DNA of 38,295 bases from Minisyncoccota bacterium (lineage in GTDB: Bacteria > Patescibacteriota > Minisyncoccia > Phycocordibacterales > CAIRYW01), in the NCBI GenBank assembly GCA_036517135.1, contig DATDXX010000041.1:1-38295 (forward strand), given 5' to 3'. The position numbers and the translations under genes are program-made. Each line of letters opens with the position of its first letter. The first letter of the stretch is position 1. Shown here piece after piece: positions 24,480 through 34,143 of this stretch. The notes under the pieces were generated by a model. The model made no database searches and was not told the DNA's origin. It worked only from the letters and a program-made list of their open reading frames with translations.

Positions 24480-25085
24480 ATGATGTCATTTGAAACTCAG
24501 AGATTGACAATAAGAGAGTTGAAAGTAATATGGGCTACAGACAAGGGGCTCTTCCCTTTCAACAACCCAAACCCAGTTCATCAAATGAGAAAAATTGGTT
24601 TTTTGCTACTCGGGGCGATTGCGCTTCTGTGCTTCGTTTTCTACAGTTTTTTTGAGGAAATCGGCAGGTTCAGGGCCGAAAATGCCGACCTACAGCAGGG
24701 ACTCGCGGAAATCAGAAGCCGAAAAGACGAACTCGAAAAAAGATTCGCCGAGAGTGAGAAGAAGTATCTCATGCTCTCCGGCATCAACCAGCAGGGCGGC
24801 TTCTTCGGCTGGCCGAATCCAAAGCCCGGCCAAAAGTATCACTTCCTGGTTATGGCAAAAGTCAGAGGGCAGACCAGCAATCCTTTGGACATGGGCGCGA
24901 CATACCTAATCGTCTATGACCTTGAAAGGAAGATGACTGCCGCCATTTTTGACACGGACGGCGTGGACTATGAGGTCAATATGATCGTCACAGTGGAGGC
25001 CGAGGGCAATAAACGTGTGAGAAATCTCATTCGCTGGCCGGAGACGATACCTCTGGCAGAAAAGTTTGGGATTCATCTCAAATGA
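24480..25085 (+). CDS. hypothetical membrane-anchored coiled-coil protein
   Basis: 201 aa with a TM helix (IGFLLLGAIALLCFVFYSFF), a coiled-coil-like segment (ENADLQQGLAEIRSRKDELEKRFAESEKKY) and a strong terminator downstream. The ATG at about 24585 is an alternative start. Confidence 0.6.
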   Translation: MMSFETQRLTIRELKVIWATDKGLFPFNNPNPVHQMRKIGFLLLGAIALLCFVFYSFFEEIGRFRAENADLQQGLAEIRSRKDELEKRFAESEKKYLMLSGINQQGGFFGWPNPKPGQKYHFLVMAKVRGQTSNPLDMGATYLIVYDLERKMTAAIFDTDGVDYEVNMIVTVEAEGNKRVRNLIRWPETIPLAEKFGIHLK

Positions 25086-25115
25086 TGATCTCTTTATCTT
25101 TTTATGCTTTTCCCC

Positions 25116-25144
25116 AATGCCGCGCTCCGCGCGGCATTTTTTTG
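25116..25144 (+). terminator. rho-independent terminator
   Basis: aatgccgcgc-tcc-gcgcggcatt followed by T5. Confidence 0.8.
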
Positions 25145-25208
25145 ATAAGCCACACCTTTGAGTATTTTTGTCAACGTCTTTTTATGTTAAAATAGAGCAG
25201 CGAAACAA

Positions 25209-26873
25209 ATGAAAAACATTTTCACTCATTTGCATCCCAGTAAAATTAAAAAGCACTTCTTGGACCACAAGATAAAAAGCGTTTTGACGGTAATTGTTGT
25301 TGGTGCTCTTCTTTATTACGGCTATGACAAGATTTTTGGGACGGATTCAGCTACTGTTCGCTATGTTTTGGGAAATGTCGAGAAAGGAGTCCTGGAAACA
25401 TCTGTTTCGGGCACAGGACAGGTTTCCGCATCTAATCAACTGGATATCAAAAGCAAAGTCTCAGGCGACATTGTTTCTGTGAATGTAAAAACAGGACAAC
25501 AGGTAAGTACAGGCACACTTATTGCTCAAGTAGATTCACGTGACGCAAGTATAACTTTTAAAAGCGCTGAGGTGTCCTATGAAAAGCTTACAAGGCCGGC
25601 AGATGCGCAGGATATTGAAGCTGCCGAGGATGCCATAACGAAAGCGTATACCGAGAGCTGGAATTCCGTCGCCACAGTCTTTACTAACTATGCGTCAGTT
25701 GTAGCGGGTATGAAAGACATGTTTTACACGGCAGCGGGTTATTTGAATAATCCAAATCGTAATTCTCGTGGTTCGGTATCAAGAGCTCTTATAGACAATG
25801 CGTCAATAAGCTTTGATCGAGCAAAAAACCAATACGAAGATGTATTAAAAGAATATAATTCGCTCTCTCGATTAAGCCCGAGAGCAAACATAAACGACCT
25901 AATTGATCATACTCACGGCATACTTACTCTGATGTCTGATGCGCTAAAAGGCGCGCAAAGCGTCATTACTCATATGTACACTAATGAATTGGGAGAAAAC
26001 ACGAGTGAAAACATAACTGCTGGCAGTAAAGTGAATTCTCTTCTTGATCTCGTAAACAGCTATGTGGCAAGTATAGTTTCGGCCAAAAATTCAATTAGGA
26101 CGAGCGAAAATACTCTCTCTGACCTAAAAAAAGGCGCAGATTTCGATGACATCAGGTTGCAGGAACTTTCGTTACAGCAGAAAAGAAATGATTACAATGA
26201 TTATTTTATCCGTGCGCCATTTAATGGAATTATTGCAAGCGTTCCTGTCAAAGTAGGCAGTCCGGCATCAGGCGCAACCATAGCCACCATAATCACATCG
26301 GAAAAGTACGCTGAAATATCTTTAAACGAAGTGGACATAGCAAGAGTGAAAAATGGCCAAAAAGCGACCCTTACTTTTGATGCAATTGAAGGGCTTACGA
26401 TTTCCGGTAATGTTGCTGAAGTAAATCTTGTCGGTACAGTTGATCAAGGAGTCGTCAATTATGCCCTGAAAGTCGCATTTAAAAGTGATGATAATCGCAT
26501 CAGACCGGGTATGAGTATTTCTGCCTCAATTGTTACCGATATAAAAGAAAATGTTCTGATAGTGCCGGCAAGCGCGGTAAAAACAAAAAACGGAGAAAAA
26601 TATGTTGAGGTATTTGAAAATACGATGCCTAAAAACATAGCAGAGCGAGGAATAACATCAGTCGTCTCTCCTATTCAAAAGAAGGTAACTGTAGGACTTT
26701 CAAATGACATGTCGATTGAAATTCTTTCGGGACTTGATGAAGGTGACCAGATCGTTGTTAGGTCCATCAACCCTACCGCCTCAACACGAACAACCACTCA
26801 GGCCCCAAGCTTATTTGGAGGAGGCAGTAGAAATAGTGGAACAGTGCGAGTAGGAGGATCGGGCGAGCGGTAA
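25209..26873 (+). CDS. HlyD/MacA-type periplasmic adaptor (membrane fusion protein)
   Basis: 554 aa with an N-terminal TM anchor, the biotinyl-lipoyl-like half-motifs SGDIVSVNVKTGQQV ... APFNGIIASV, a long helical insert, and beta-barrel/MP domains. Confidence 0.85.
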   Translation: MKNIFTHLHPSKIKKHFLDHKIKSVLTVIVVGALLYYGYDKIFGTDSATVRYVLGNVEKGVLETSVSGTGQVSASNQLDIKSKVSGDIVSVNVKTGQQVSTGTLIAQVDSRDASITFKSAEVSYEKLTRPADAQDIEAAEDAITKAYTESWNSVATVFTNYASVVAGMKDMFYTAAGYLNNPNRNSRGSVSRALIDNASISFDRAKNQYEDVLKEYNSLSRLSPRANINDLIDHTHGILTLMSDALKGAQSVITHMYTNELGENTSENITAGSKVNSLLDLVNSYVASIVSAKNSIRTSENTLSDLKKGADFDDIRLQELSLQQKRNDYNDYFIRAPFNGIIASVPVKVGSPASGATIATIITSEKYAEISLNEVDIARVKNGQKATLTFDAIEGLTISGNVAEVNLVGTVDQGVVNYALKVAFKSDDNRIRPGMSISASIVTDIKENVLIVPASAVKTKNGEKYVEVFENTMPKNIAERGITSVVSPIQKKVTVGLSNDMSIEILSGLDEGDQIVVRSINPTASTRTTTQAPSLFGGGSRNSGTVRVGGSGER

Positions 26874-26900
26874 AATTATTACAAAATTTCAGGTAGATAA

Positions 26901-27611
26901 ATGATAAGCGTAAAAGATGTCACAAAAACATATCTCTCTGGAGATGTTGGTTTCCAAGCCCTCCGAAGCGTTTCTTTTGACATAAAAGATGGAGAGTTTG
27001 TCGCTATTATGGGCCCATCCGGATCGGGCAAATCAACTCTGATGCATATTTTAGGAGCACTGGACACTCCGACTTCTGGCAGTTATTTTTTAGACAACAA
27101 TGACATGCTGGCTTTAAGCCAGAATGAGCTTGCTGAGATAAGGTGTAGCAAGATTGGATTCGTATTCCAATCATTCAATCTTTTGGCGCGCACTACTGTT
27201 TTGAGAAATGTAATACTCCCTCTTGTTTATGCAAATATACCAGCGAATGAACGTACCAACCGTGCGCGAGCTGCATTGAACTCTGCAGGTCTTGGTGAAG
27301 AATTTTTCGGACGTTTTACAAATCAGCTTTCTGGAGGACAGATCCAGCGTGTCGCGATTGCGCGGGCACTAGTAAATAACCCTACAATGATACTTGCCGA
27401 TGAACCAACCGGTAATCTTGATACTAAGACAGGAGAAATAGTGTTAGCAACGCTTCAAGAACTGAATGAAAAGCATGGCCGAACAATCATCCTGATAACT
27501 CACGAAAGCGAAGTGGCGGAACATGCAGACAGAATTATTTTTGTAAGAGATGGAATGATCACTGATGATACAAAAAAACATAAAAAGAAAGTTACAAGAA
27601 AAACGATATGA
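26901..27611 (+). CDS. ABC transporter ATP-binding protein (MacB/LolD-type)
   Basis: Walker [10 protein letters not shown], signature LSGGQIQR, Walker [12 protein letters not shown]. Confidence 0.95.
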   Translation: MISVKDVTKTYLSGDVGFQALRSVSFDIKDGEFVAIMGPSGSGKSTLMHILGALDTPTSGSYFLDNNDMLALSQNELAEIRCSKIGFVFQSFNLLARTTVLRNVILPLVYANIPANERTNRARAALNSAGLGEEFFGRFTNQLSGGQIQRVAIARALVNNPTMILADEPTGNLDTKTGEIVLATLQELNEKHGRTIILITHESEVAEHADRIIFVRDGMITDDTKKHKKKVTRKTI

Positions 27612-28819
27612 TTTCATCTGATATTTTTCACGAAACATACCTTGCATTATCTGCAAATAAAGTGCGTTCCGGACTTACGATGCTCGGCATTGTTATCGGT
27701 ATAGCGTCAGTGATTGCAATGGTCGCTATCGGTACAGGCGCAAAAAACGCAATTCAATCCAGTATTGAAGGGTTAGGCTCAAATCTTTTGACAATACTTC
27801 CGGGAGTGGTCCAACCGGGGCGCGGTATTGTTTCTTCGGGAAGAGGTTCAGCCCAGACATTAAAAAATGAAGACCTGGACGTCATAAAGAATATTGACGG
27901 TATTGCACAGATCTCACCTGAACTTTCCCGCAGATTCCAGGTAAGCGCTCCGACAGGCAATAATACGAATACCACCATAAACGGCGTTCTGTCCGTATTT
28001 CTTGACGTAAGGAATCTATCATTGGAGAATGGAAATTTTTTGAGTGAGAGTAGCGAGAGAAGCATAAGCAAGGAAGCCGTGCTCGGAGCTACTGTAGCAG
28101 GCGATCTCTTCGGAGAAGAATATCCTATCGGAAAAACCGTGAGAATAAATAAGGCTAACTTCAGGGTGGTCGGAGTTCTGACTGCAAAAGGTGGAGCGGG
28201 ATTTTCGGGCCCGGATGATATGGTTTTAGTGCCTCTTTCAACTATGCAGAAAGTCCTTTCCGGCGTTGATTATCTGTCAACAATTTCTATAAGCGTTGAA
28301 AACAAAGACGAGATAAATAATGTAAAAGACCAGGTAACAGAAGCGCTTATTGCCAAGCATAGAGTGACTGAGGCGGATTTTTCGATTATTTCTCAGGCAG
28401 ACATTCTGGGAACACTCACGCAAATTGTTGACACATTCACTATATTTCTTGCTTCCATCGCCGGAATTTCACTTGTGGTCGGGGGCATAGGTATAATGAA
28501 TATGATGCTCACAACGGTAACGGAACGAACCAGAGAGATCGGTTTGCGTAAGGCAATAGGCGCCAAGGAAAAAGATATAAATGCGCAGTTTTTGGCGGAA
28601 GCGGTATCGCTTACTTTTATCGGTGGATTGATTGGAATAATTTTGGGCTGGACAATTGCATTTACTGTCACTAAACTTGGTATCGTGGAAACACAAGTTT
28701 CGCTCTCTTCGGTTCTGCTCGCGTTCGGAGTTTCTGCAGCCATAGGCATTATTTTTGGCTATTATCCCGCAAAGCGCGCAGCAAAGCTCAACCCAATTGA
28801 AGCGCTGCGTTATGAATGA
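27608..28819 (+). CDS. ABC transporter permease, MacB/FtsX family
   Basis: 403 aa with TM1, a large periplasmic MacB_PCD-like domain and a C-terminal FtsX 3-TM bundle (REIGLRKAIGA). Its start overlaps the ATPase stop (ATGA). Confidence 0.9.
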   Translation: MISSDIFHETYLALSANKVRSGLTMLGIVIGIASVIAMVAIGTGAKNAIQSSIEGLGSNLLTILPGVVQPGRGIVSSGRGSAQTLKNEDLDVIKNIDGIAQISPELSRRFQVSAPTGNNTNTTINGVLSVFLDVRNLSLENGNFLSESSERSISKEAVLGATVAGDLFGEEYPIGKTVRINKANFRVVGVLTAKGGAGFSGPDDMVLVPLSTMQKVLSGVDYLSTISISVENKDEINNVKDQVTEALIAKHRVTEADFSIISQADILGTLTQIVDTFTIFLASIAGISLVVGGIGIMNMMLTTVTERTREIGLRKAIGAKEKDINAQFLAEAVSLTFIGGLIGIILGWTIAFTVTKLGIVETQVSLSSVLLAFGVSAAIGIIFGYYPAKRAAKLNPIEALRYE

Positions 28820-28853
28820 TAATTATTAATTAAGATTATTAGTAAAAAATATT

Positions 28854-29336
28854 ATGAAAAAAACAATTATCGCGATTTTAGTCATTGTTGCTTTGGCTAT
28901 TATTTTTAATTTTACAGCAAAAAAAGATAGTGAGGAAAAAGAGAATGACAATTATGTTCCGGTGTTCAAAAGTGGCACAATGGAAACTCCATCAGCAGAC
29001 AATACAGCGCCAAAAATGGAGACAGGTGATTCAGGAGATGTTAGTGCAGAAACTGCTCCAAATGAAAAAACGTTTACAGTTTCCGGAAGTAATTTCTCGT
29101 TCTCACTTGGCACTATCACGGTAGACAAAGGTGACAGGGTAACAATTGTATTTAAAAATGCCGGTGGCACGCATGATCTAAGAATCGACGAGTTCGATGT
29201 AACAACTCCAAAAATAGGGGACGGTGAGGAAGCATCTGTCACTTTTGTTGCAGATAAGACTGGATCCTTTGAGTACTATTGTTCAGTAGGCACTCATCGA
29301 CAAATGGGTATGAAGGGAACATTAACCGTAAAGTAA
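28854..29336 (+). CDS. membrane-anchored cupredoxin (blue-copper) domain protein
   Basis: N-terminal TM helix and linker, then GGTHDLRIDEF ... YYCSVGTHRQMGMKGTL. This gives the His...Cys-x4-His-x3-Met type 1 copper ligand pattern. Confidence 0.8.
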   Translation: MKKTIIAILVIVALAIIFNFTAKKDSEEKENDNYVPVFKSGTMETPSADNTAPKMETGDSGDVSAETAPNEKTFTVSGSNFSFSLGTITVDKGDRVTIVFKNAGGTHDLRIDEFDVTTPKIGDGEEASVTFVADKTGSFEYYCSVGTHRQMGMKGTLTVK

Positions 29337-29400
29337 ACCCCGTTAGAAGCCCACACTAGGCATTAAACCCCGTGTCGGCTAAAACTTTACTGCATTCATC

Positions 29401-29436
29401 ACCGCTTCCAGCTTCATGTAATAAGCTGGAAGCGGT
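29401..29436. terminator. 14-bp stem hairpin between convergent genes
   Basis: accgcttccagctt-catgtaat-aagctggaagcggt. The T-tracts are weak on both sides, so it is possibly bidirectional. Confidence 0.5.
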
Positions 29437-29441
29437 ATTTC

Positions 29442-30062
29442 CTATTCCGCAATAATTTTTTTCATGTAGCTAGAAAACCCATAAATAGCAAGACTGGAAA
29501 AAACAATAGCTCCAATCGTAAATACAAGTTTGAAACCCTCCTCAATGTAATTGTAAAGTTCGCCGAAAAGATACCCGGTAGAAATCAGTATTGCAACCAA
29601 AAGCACTTCACCTATTGTATTGATAATCATATATCTTCGGAATGGCACTCGGGTCGCTCCAGCAACCATGAGCGTTGCCAAGGCCATACCGAAGCCAATA
29701 GTGATTTTAGAGATAATCAATATCCAATCATGATAGCGTGAAAAAAGACTTTTTACCTTCAAAAAACGCACCATTGTAATACCGAGAAATTTTCCTTTTT
29801 TTTGTAAAAATGGCTCTGCGTATCGAGAACCGATATAGTACCAAAAAACATCGCCAGCAAGATCGCCCGCCACAAACACTAAAAACATCGGTACGAGGTC
29901 AAAAACTCCAAAGTGAAGAAAAAAACCGGCAGCAACCATAAGCACTGGTCCTTCTACAATCGCTCCGACAAAAAGCAGAAAATATTTGATGCTCGCGCTG
30001 ACTGACAGAGCGTATTCCAGAAAATGTGGAAAATCCATGGCAAAAAGATATAATGAACTCAT
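29442..30062 (-). CDS. DedA-family membrane protein
   Basis: 206 aa with the pattern FLLFVGAIVEGPVLMVAAGF and GDVFWYYIGSRYAEP, typical of DedA/SNARE-associated proteins. Confidence 0.85.
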   Translation of the reverse strand: MSSLYLFAMDFPHFLEYALSVSASIKYFLLFVGAIVEGPVLMVAAGFFLHFGVFDLVPMFLVFVAGDLAGDVFWYYIGSRYAEPFLQKKGKFLGITMVRFLKVKSLFSRYHDWILIISKITIGFGMALATLMVAGATRVPFRRYMIINTIGEVLLVAILISTGYLFGELYNYIEEGFKLVFTIGAIVFSSLAIYGFSSYMKKIIAE

Positions 30063-30070
30063 TCTATCAT

Positions 30071-30793
30071 ATGAAGGAATTCACCATAAGTCTTATTATA
30101 CCAGCCTACAACGAGGAAAAACGCATCGGTGCATGTATTGAGTCCGCAATAAAGAATTCTGGCAACAGATTCCACGAAATTATTGTTGTTGATAGTTGTA
30201 GCACCGACAGAACAAAAGAGATTGCATCATCATTTGCTCATGTCAAAGTTTTTGAGGAAAAAGTGAAAGGGGTTATGTATGCCCGTCAACGCGGCTTTTT
30301 TATAAGCTCCGGCGATATCATCGCATTTGTAGATGCAGATAATCTCATTCCTCCAGGTTGGTATGATATTGCACAGAAAGAATTTGCGTCTAATCCTGAT
30401 CTTGCACTTTTGAGTGGTCCGTATTCTTACTATGACGTAGCAGTGTGGAGACAGAAGCTTGCCTCGTTATGGTGGAAATACATCGCCTGCCCTACCTCGC
30501 AACTTGTTGGGTATATGGCAATTTTTGGGAATCTTTTAATACGCCGGGGTGTTTTGGAAAAGATGAAGGGTTTGGATACTTCTATTGAATTTTATGGAGA
30601 TGACAGCGACACTTCACGGAGAGCAAGTAAATTTGGAAAAGTGAAGTTCAGTTCAAAATTCGTAATGCCAAGCTCAGCTCGAAGATTTATAAATCAAGGA
30701 TGGATCAATACCTCCTTTGTTTACTTTTTAAACTTCGCCTCAGAAGTGATTTTACGTAGACCTTTTCCAAGAAAGTACAAGGATTTTAGATAA
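30071..30793 (+). CDS. family 2 glycosyltransferase (paralogue 1)
   Basis: ISLIIPAYNEEKRI...IIVVDSCSTDRT...AFVDADN. The ATG at 30071 gives 240 aa and aligns with residue 1 of the downstream paralogue. The ORF-track start at 30026 is a GTG overlapping dedA. Confidence 0.85.
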   Translation: MKEFTISLIIPAYNEEKRIGACIESAIKNSGNRFHEIIVVDSCSTDRTKEIASSFAHVKVFEEKVKGVMYARQRGFFISSGDIIAFVDADNLIPPGWYDIAQKEFASNPDLALLSGPYSYYDVAVWRQKLASLWWKYIACPTSQLVGYMAIFGNLLIRRGVLEKMKGLDTSIEFYGDDSDTSRRASKFGKVKFSSKFVMPSSARRFINQGWINTSFVYFLNFASEVILRRPFPRKYKDFR

Positions 30794-30802
30794 TATACGT
30801 AC

Positions 30803-31525
30803 ATGAAACAAATTACAATAAGCATGGTTATACCGGCATACAATGAAGAAAAGCACATTGGCAAATGCCTTGATTCAGCCATAAATAATTCAGGTAACAG
30901 ATTTCACGAAATCATAGTGGTAGATAACGCTAGTACTGATCGTACGAGCGAGATCGCAATGTCATTTTCCGGCGTTAAAATTATAAGAGAAAAAACAAAG
31001 GGAGTAATGGGAGCGCGTCAGCGGGGGGTTTTGGAAAGCTCGGGCGATATTGTCGCATTCGTGGATGCCGACAATATAATTCCCTTAGGCTGGTTTGATA
31101 CGGCGCAAAAAGAATTCCGAGACAATCCATCGCTTGTATGTCTTTCCGGCCCATATGATTATTACGATATGTCAAAATTACAAAGGGCACTCGCCTTCTT
31201 TTACTGGCATGTGATTGTAAAACTGATTTCTCTTATGCTGGGTTATGTAGGTAATTTTGGAAATATGCTTTTACGACGAGAGACACTTGAAAAAATGAAA
31301 GGACTTGATACTTCTATCGCTTTTTATGGAGATGATACTGACACCGCAAGACGTGCGAGCAAGTTCGGTAAAGTGAAATTCCAATCTAACTTTGTACTGT
31401 TAAGCTCAGGGAGGCGATTTTTTAATCAAGGCTGGATCTCTACTATCACTGCTTATATTCTTAATTTTTTCTCGGAAGTTTTTTTTCACCGCCCATTGCA
31501 AAAAAACTACAAAAATTTCCGCTGA
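30803..31525 (+). CDS. family 2 glycosyltransferase (paralogue 2)
   Basis: 240 aa and colinear with the preceding gene over its full length, roughly two thirds identical by eye. It shows the same motifs PAYNEEK, VVDN.STDRT, FVDADN and GLDTSI.FYGDD.DT.RRASKFGKVKF. Confidence 0.88.
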   Translation: MKQITISMVIPAYNEEKHIGKCLDSAINNSGNRFHEIIVVDNASTDRTSEIAMSFSGVKIIREKTKGVMGARQRGVLESSGDIVAFVDADNIIPLGWFDTAQKEFRDNPSLVCLSGPYDYYDMSKLQRALAFFYWHVIVKLISLMLGYVGNFGNMLLRRETLEKMKGLDTSIAFYGDDTDTARRASKFGKVKFQSNFVLLSSGRRFFNQGWISTITAYILNFFSEVFFHRPLQKNYKNFR

Positions 31526-31527
31526 CC

Positions 31528-32556
31528 TCAAACCGAGTCAAATACGCTCGGCACCTCCAAACCCAGCGCCCAAGCTGAAAAGCCGTGAAATCCATGCGCC
31601 TTAATAATTGATATCTTTTCCTTTACGCTCCTGCCGTTCTCATACCACATAGTATGACGGACTTTATTTTTAACGTACGTAAGATAGGGCGCGTGCTGTA
31701 TAGTACTGTAAACATAAGTAGGATCGTATTTTTTGAGTACGTTTTGCATTCCTTCATAGCCACCGATACTTATTAGTTTTTGCGTGCTGTTTCTCCAAGA
31801 CCAATAATACAGGGCAAGTCCTAATGATATTTTTTCTTTTGGAATGTGAAGGGAAGAATAAGCGACTACCTTCTGCAGCCATTCATACCGAGCAATCGCT
31901 CCTTTTGAGTCTGGATCATCGTACGACATAACACTGATAAAATCAGTGCTTCCTGCCAAAGCGGAATAGTCGTAAGCGCCGATAAGCTTGTCATAAAGCC
32001 CTTCTTTATAATCAGCTGGGTTGTCTGAGATCTTCGATATGACCGCAACACTTGTTATAAGATTTTCCTTTTTCATGGCATCCGCCAGCTTTTTTATAAA
32101 CGCAGAAAATTTGTCTTTATACGAAACTGCCATCTGCTCAAAATCCACCTGAAAGCCGTAAAAGTTGTGCTTTTTTGACTCATTTATAAGCGCAGATACA
32201 AGAGCATCCTGTTTAGAAGAATCATTAAGCACCGTCGCGAGGCTTCCCTGCCCGAAGCCTTTGTTGGTTACAAGCGGCATAATTTTTATGTCATGCGTCC
32301 GGGCAAAATCCAAAACATCCGTCTCGATTGCACCTGCGAGATTACCGTCACTGTCTACTGAATATGACTGCGGAGCAAGTATGTCTATTTTTGTAGGATT
32401 ATTAAAAAGTGAATTTCTGGCGTTTGTCCCCTCGCGATAATAAAAGATGCGTACGATGTCTTGCGGGAAAGTAGAAATACTGCTTGCGGCAAAAGCGGCT
32501 TCGCTTGAAAAAAAAGCGGATGCAATTAAAAAAAATAGTCCGAAATGTTTTTTCAT
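31528..32556 (-). CDS. secreted glycoside hydrolase family 18-like protein
   Basis: Signal peptide MKKHFGLFFLIASAFFSSEAAFA, GH18-type catalytic strand YGFQVDFEQM (DxE), and a late SAWALG block. Confidence 0.75.
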   Translation of the reverse strand: MKKHFGLFFLIASAFFSSEAAFAASSISTFPQDIVRIFYYREGTNARNSLFNNPTKIDILAPQSYSVDSDGNLAGAIETDVLDFARTHDIKIMPLVTNKGFGQGSLATVLNDSSKQDALVSALINESKKHNFYGFQVDFEQMAVSYKDKFSAFIKKLADAMKKENLITSVAVISKISDNPADYKEGLYDKLIGAYDYSALAGSTDFISVMSYDDPDSKGAIARYEWLQKVVAYSSLHIPKEKISLGLALYYWSWRNSTQKLISIGGYEGMQNVLKKYDPTYVYSTIQHAPYLTYVKNKVRHTMWYENGRSVKEKISIIKAHGFHGFSAWALGLEVPSVFDSV

Positions 32557-32580
32557 AATGACTCGCTAAAAGTTCCGCTG

Positions 32581-34113
32581 TTACTCATACTCAATTGTTG
32601 CCGGCGGTTTCTGGGTGATGTCATAGAGCACTCTGTTTATCCCTCTTACGCGTCCCACGATAGTACTAGAAATTCTTTCCAGTAGCTTTGAAGGCATTTT
32701 GTGCCAGTCGGCGCTCATGCCGTCTACCGAATTAACAGCCCTTAGGGCAAGGATGTATTCATAAGTGCGAGCATCACCCATCACTCCCACTGTTTTTAGT
32801 GGCAACAGCACAGCAAACGCCTGCCAAATTTTTCCATACTCGCCTGTGCGCTTTAATTCTTCAATAAAGATATCATCGGCTTCCCTCAAAATAGATAGTC
32901 GTTCATCCGTGATTTCTCCCACAATTCGTATGGCAAGGCCAGGACCGGGGAAAGGATGCCTCCAGAGCATATCATAAGGGAGTTTGAGTAATGCGCCGAG
33001 TTTTCTCACTTCGTCCTTATAAAAATCCTTTAGTGGTTCAACTATTTTAAAGCTGAATTTTTTCGGAAGTGTCAGGTTATGGTGGCTTTTGATTTTTGAA
33101 GCATGTTTTGAAGTGTGCGCAGACTCGATACGGTCGGGATATATAGTGCCTTGAGCGAAATATTTTACAGGATATTTTTTCAGTTTGGTTTTTATCACAT
33201 TTTCAAAAACTTCAATAAAAGTGTGCCCGATAATCTTGCGCTTCTTTTCCGGATCAACAACTCCGCTTAACTTATTCAAAAAAAGCTCTTGTGCGTCAAT
33301 GACGTAAAGATGCTTGAAATTTCTTTTGCGCAAAACCGCCGCAACGCTTTTTACTTCGTCTTTCCGCAAAAGTCCCGTGTCCACAAAAACCGCGTGAAGC
33401 TTATTGCCTATTGCCTTATGAAGAAGTGTTGCCGCGACCAGCGAATCCACTCCACCTGAAATGCCAACAATAGAATGGGCGCTGCCTATAGTATTTTTTA
33501 GCTCGGCGATGATGGTTTTTGAAACAGAGCCTATCTTCCAGTTTTTTGGCGCATTGCAGATGGAAAAAATAAAATTTGAGATTATTTCCCTGCCTCGCGC
33601 CGTATGCGTCACTTCCGGATGAAACTGGATACCAAAAATTTTCTGCGTGCTACTCTGGTATGCAGCAGAAGCGCAACCTGAAGTGCCTGCTGTGGCAGTA
33701 AAGTTTTTAGGCAGTTTTGAAACCTGATCTCCGTGTGAAAACCAGACTTCCTGTTTTTTTAAAAGGCCTGCGAAAATTTGTGACTTCTTTTTTAAATTAA
33801 GCGTCTCTTTACCAAACTCACGATGTTTGCCTTTTACCACCTTACCTCCGAGCATATGAGCGATAACCTGATGACCGTAACAGATGCCAAGTATCGGTAA
33901 ACCTAGCTCAAAGATTTTCTTATCCGGCCTCGGGCTTCCCTTTTCCAAGACAGACGCCGGACCTCCAGAAAATATTATTCCGTGCGGATTTAGTTTTCCT
34001 AATTTTTCTGCCGAAATATCAAACGGCACGATTTCCGCTTTAACTCCCAGGTCTCTAACTCTGCGAGCAATTAAGTGAGCAAACTGGCTTCCAAAATTAA
34101 AGACTGCGATCAT
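32581..34113 (-). CDS. guaA: GMP synthase (glutamine-hydrolysing)
   Basis: An N-terminal class I GATase domain (GICYGHQ, HPE), the PP-loop SGGVDS, and the conserved C-terminal ...KPPATIEYE. Confidence 0.96.
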   Translation of the reverse strand: MIAVFNFGSQFAHLIARRVRDLGVKAEIVPFDISAEKLGKLNPHGIIFSGGPASVLEKGSPRPDKKIFELGLPILGICYGHQVIAHMLGGKVVKGKHREFGKETLNLKKKSQIFAGLLKKQEVWFSHGDQVSKLPKNFTATAGTSGCASAAYQSSTQKIFGIQFHPEVTHTARGREIISNFIFSICNAPKNWKIGSVSKTIIAELKNTIGSAHSIVGISGGVDSLVAATLLHKAIGNKLHAVFVDTGLLRKDEVKSVAAVLRKRNFKHLYVIDAQELFLNKLSGVVDPEKKRKIIGHTFIEVFENVIKTKLKKYPVKYFAQGTIYPDRIESAHTSKHASKIKSHHNLTLPKKFSFKIVEPLKDFYKDEVRKLGALLKLPYDMLWRHPFPGPGLAIRIVGEITDERLSILREADDIFIEELKRTGEYGKIWQAFAVLLPLKTVGVMGDARTYEYILALRAVNSVDGMSADWHKMPSKLLERISSTIVGRVRGINRVLYDITQKPPATIEYE

Positions 34114-34143
34114 GTAGGAATCTTATCGTAATTTGAAAATACA

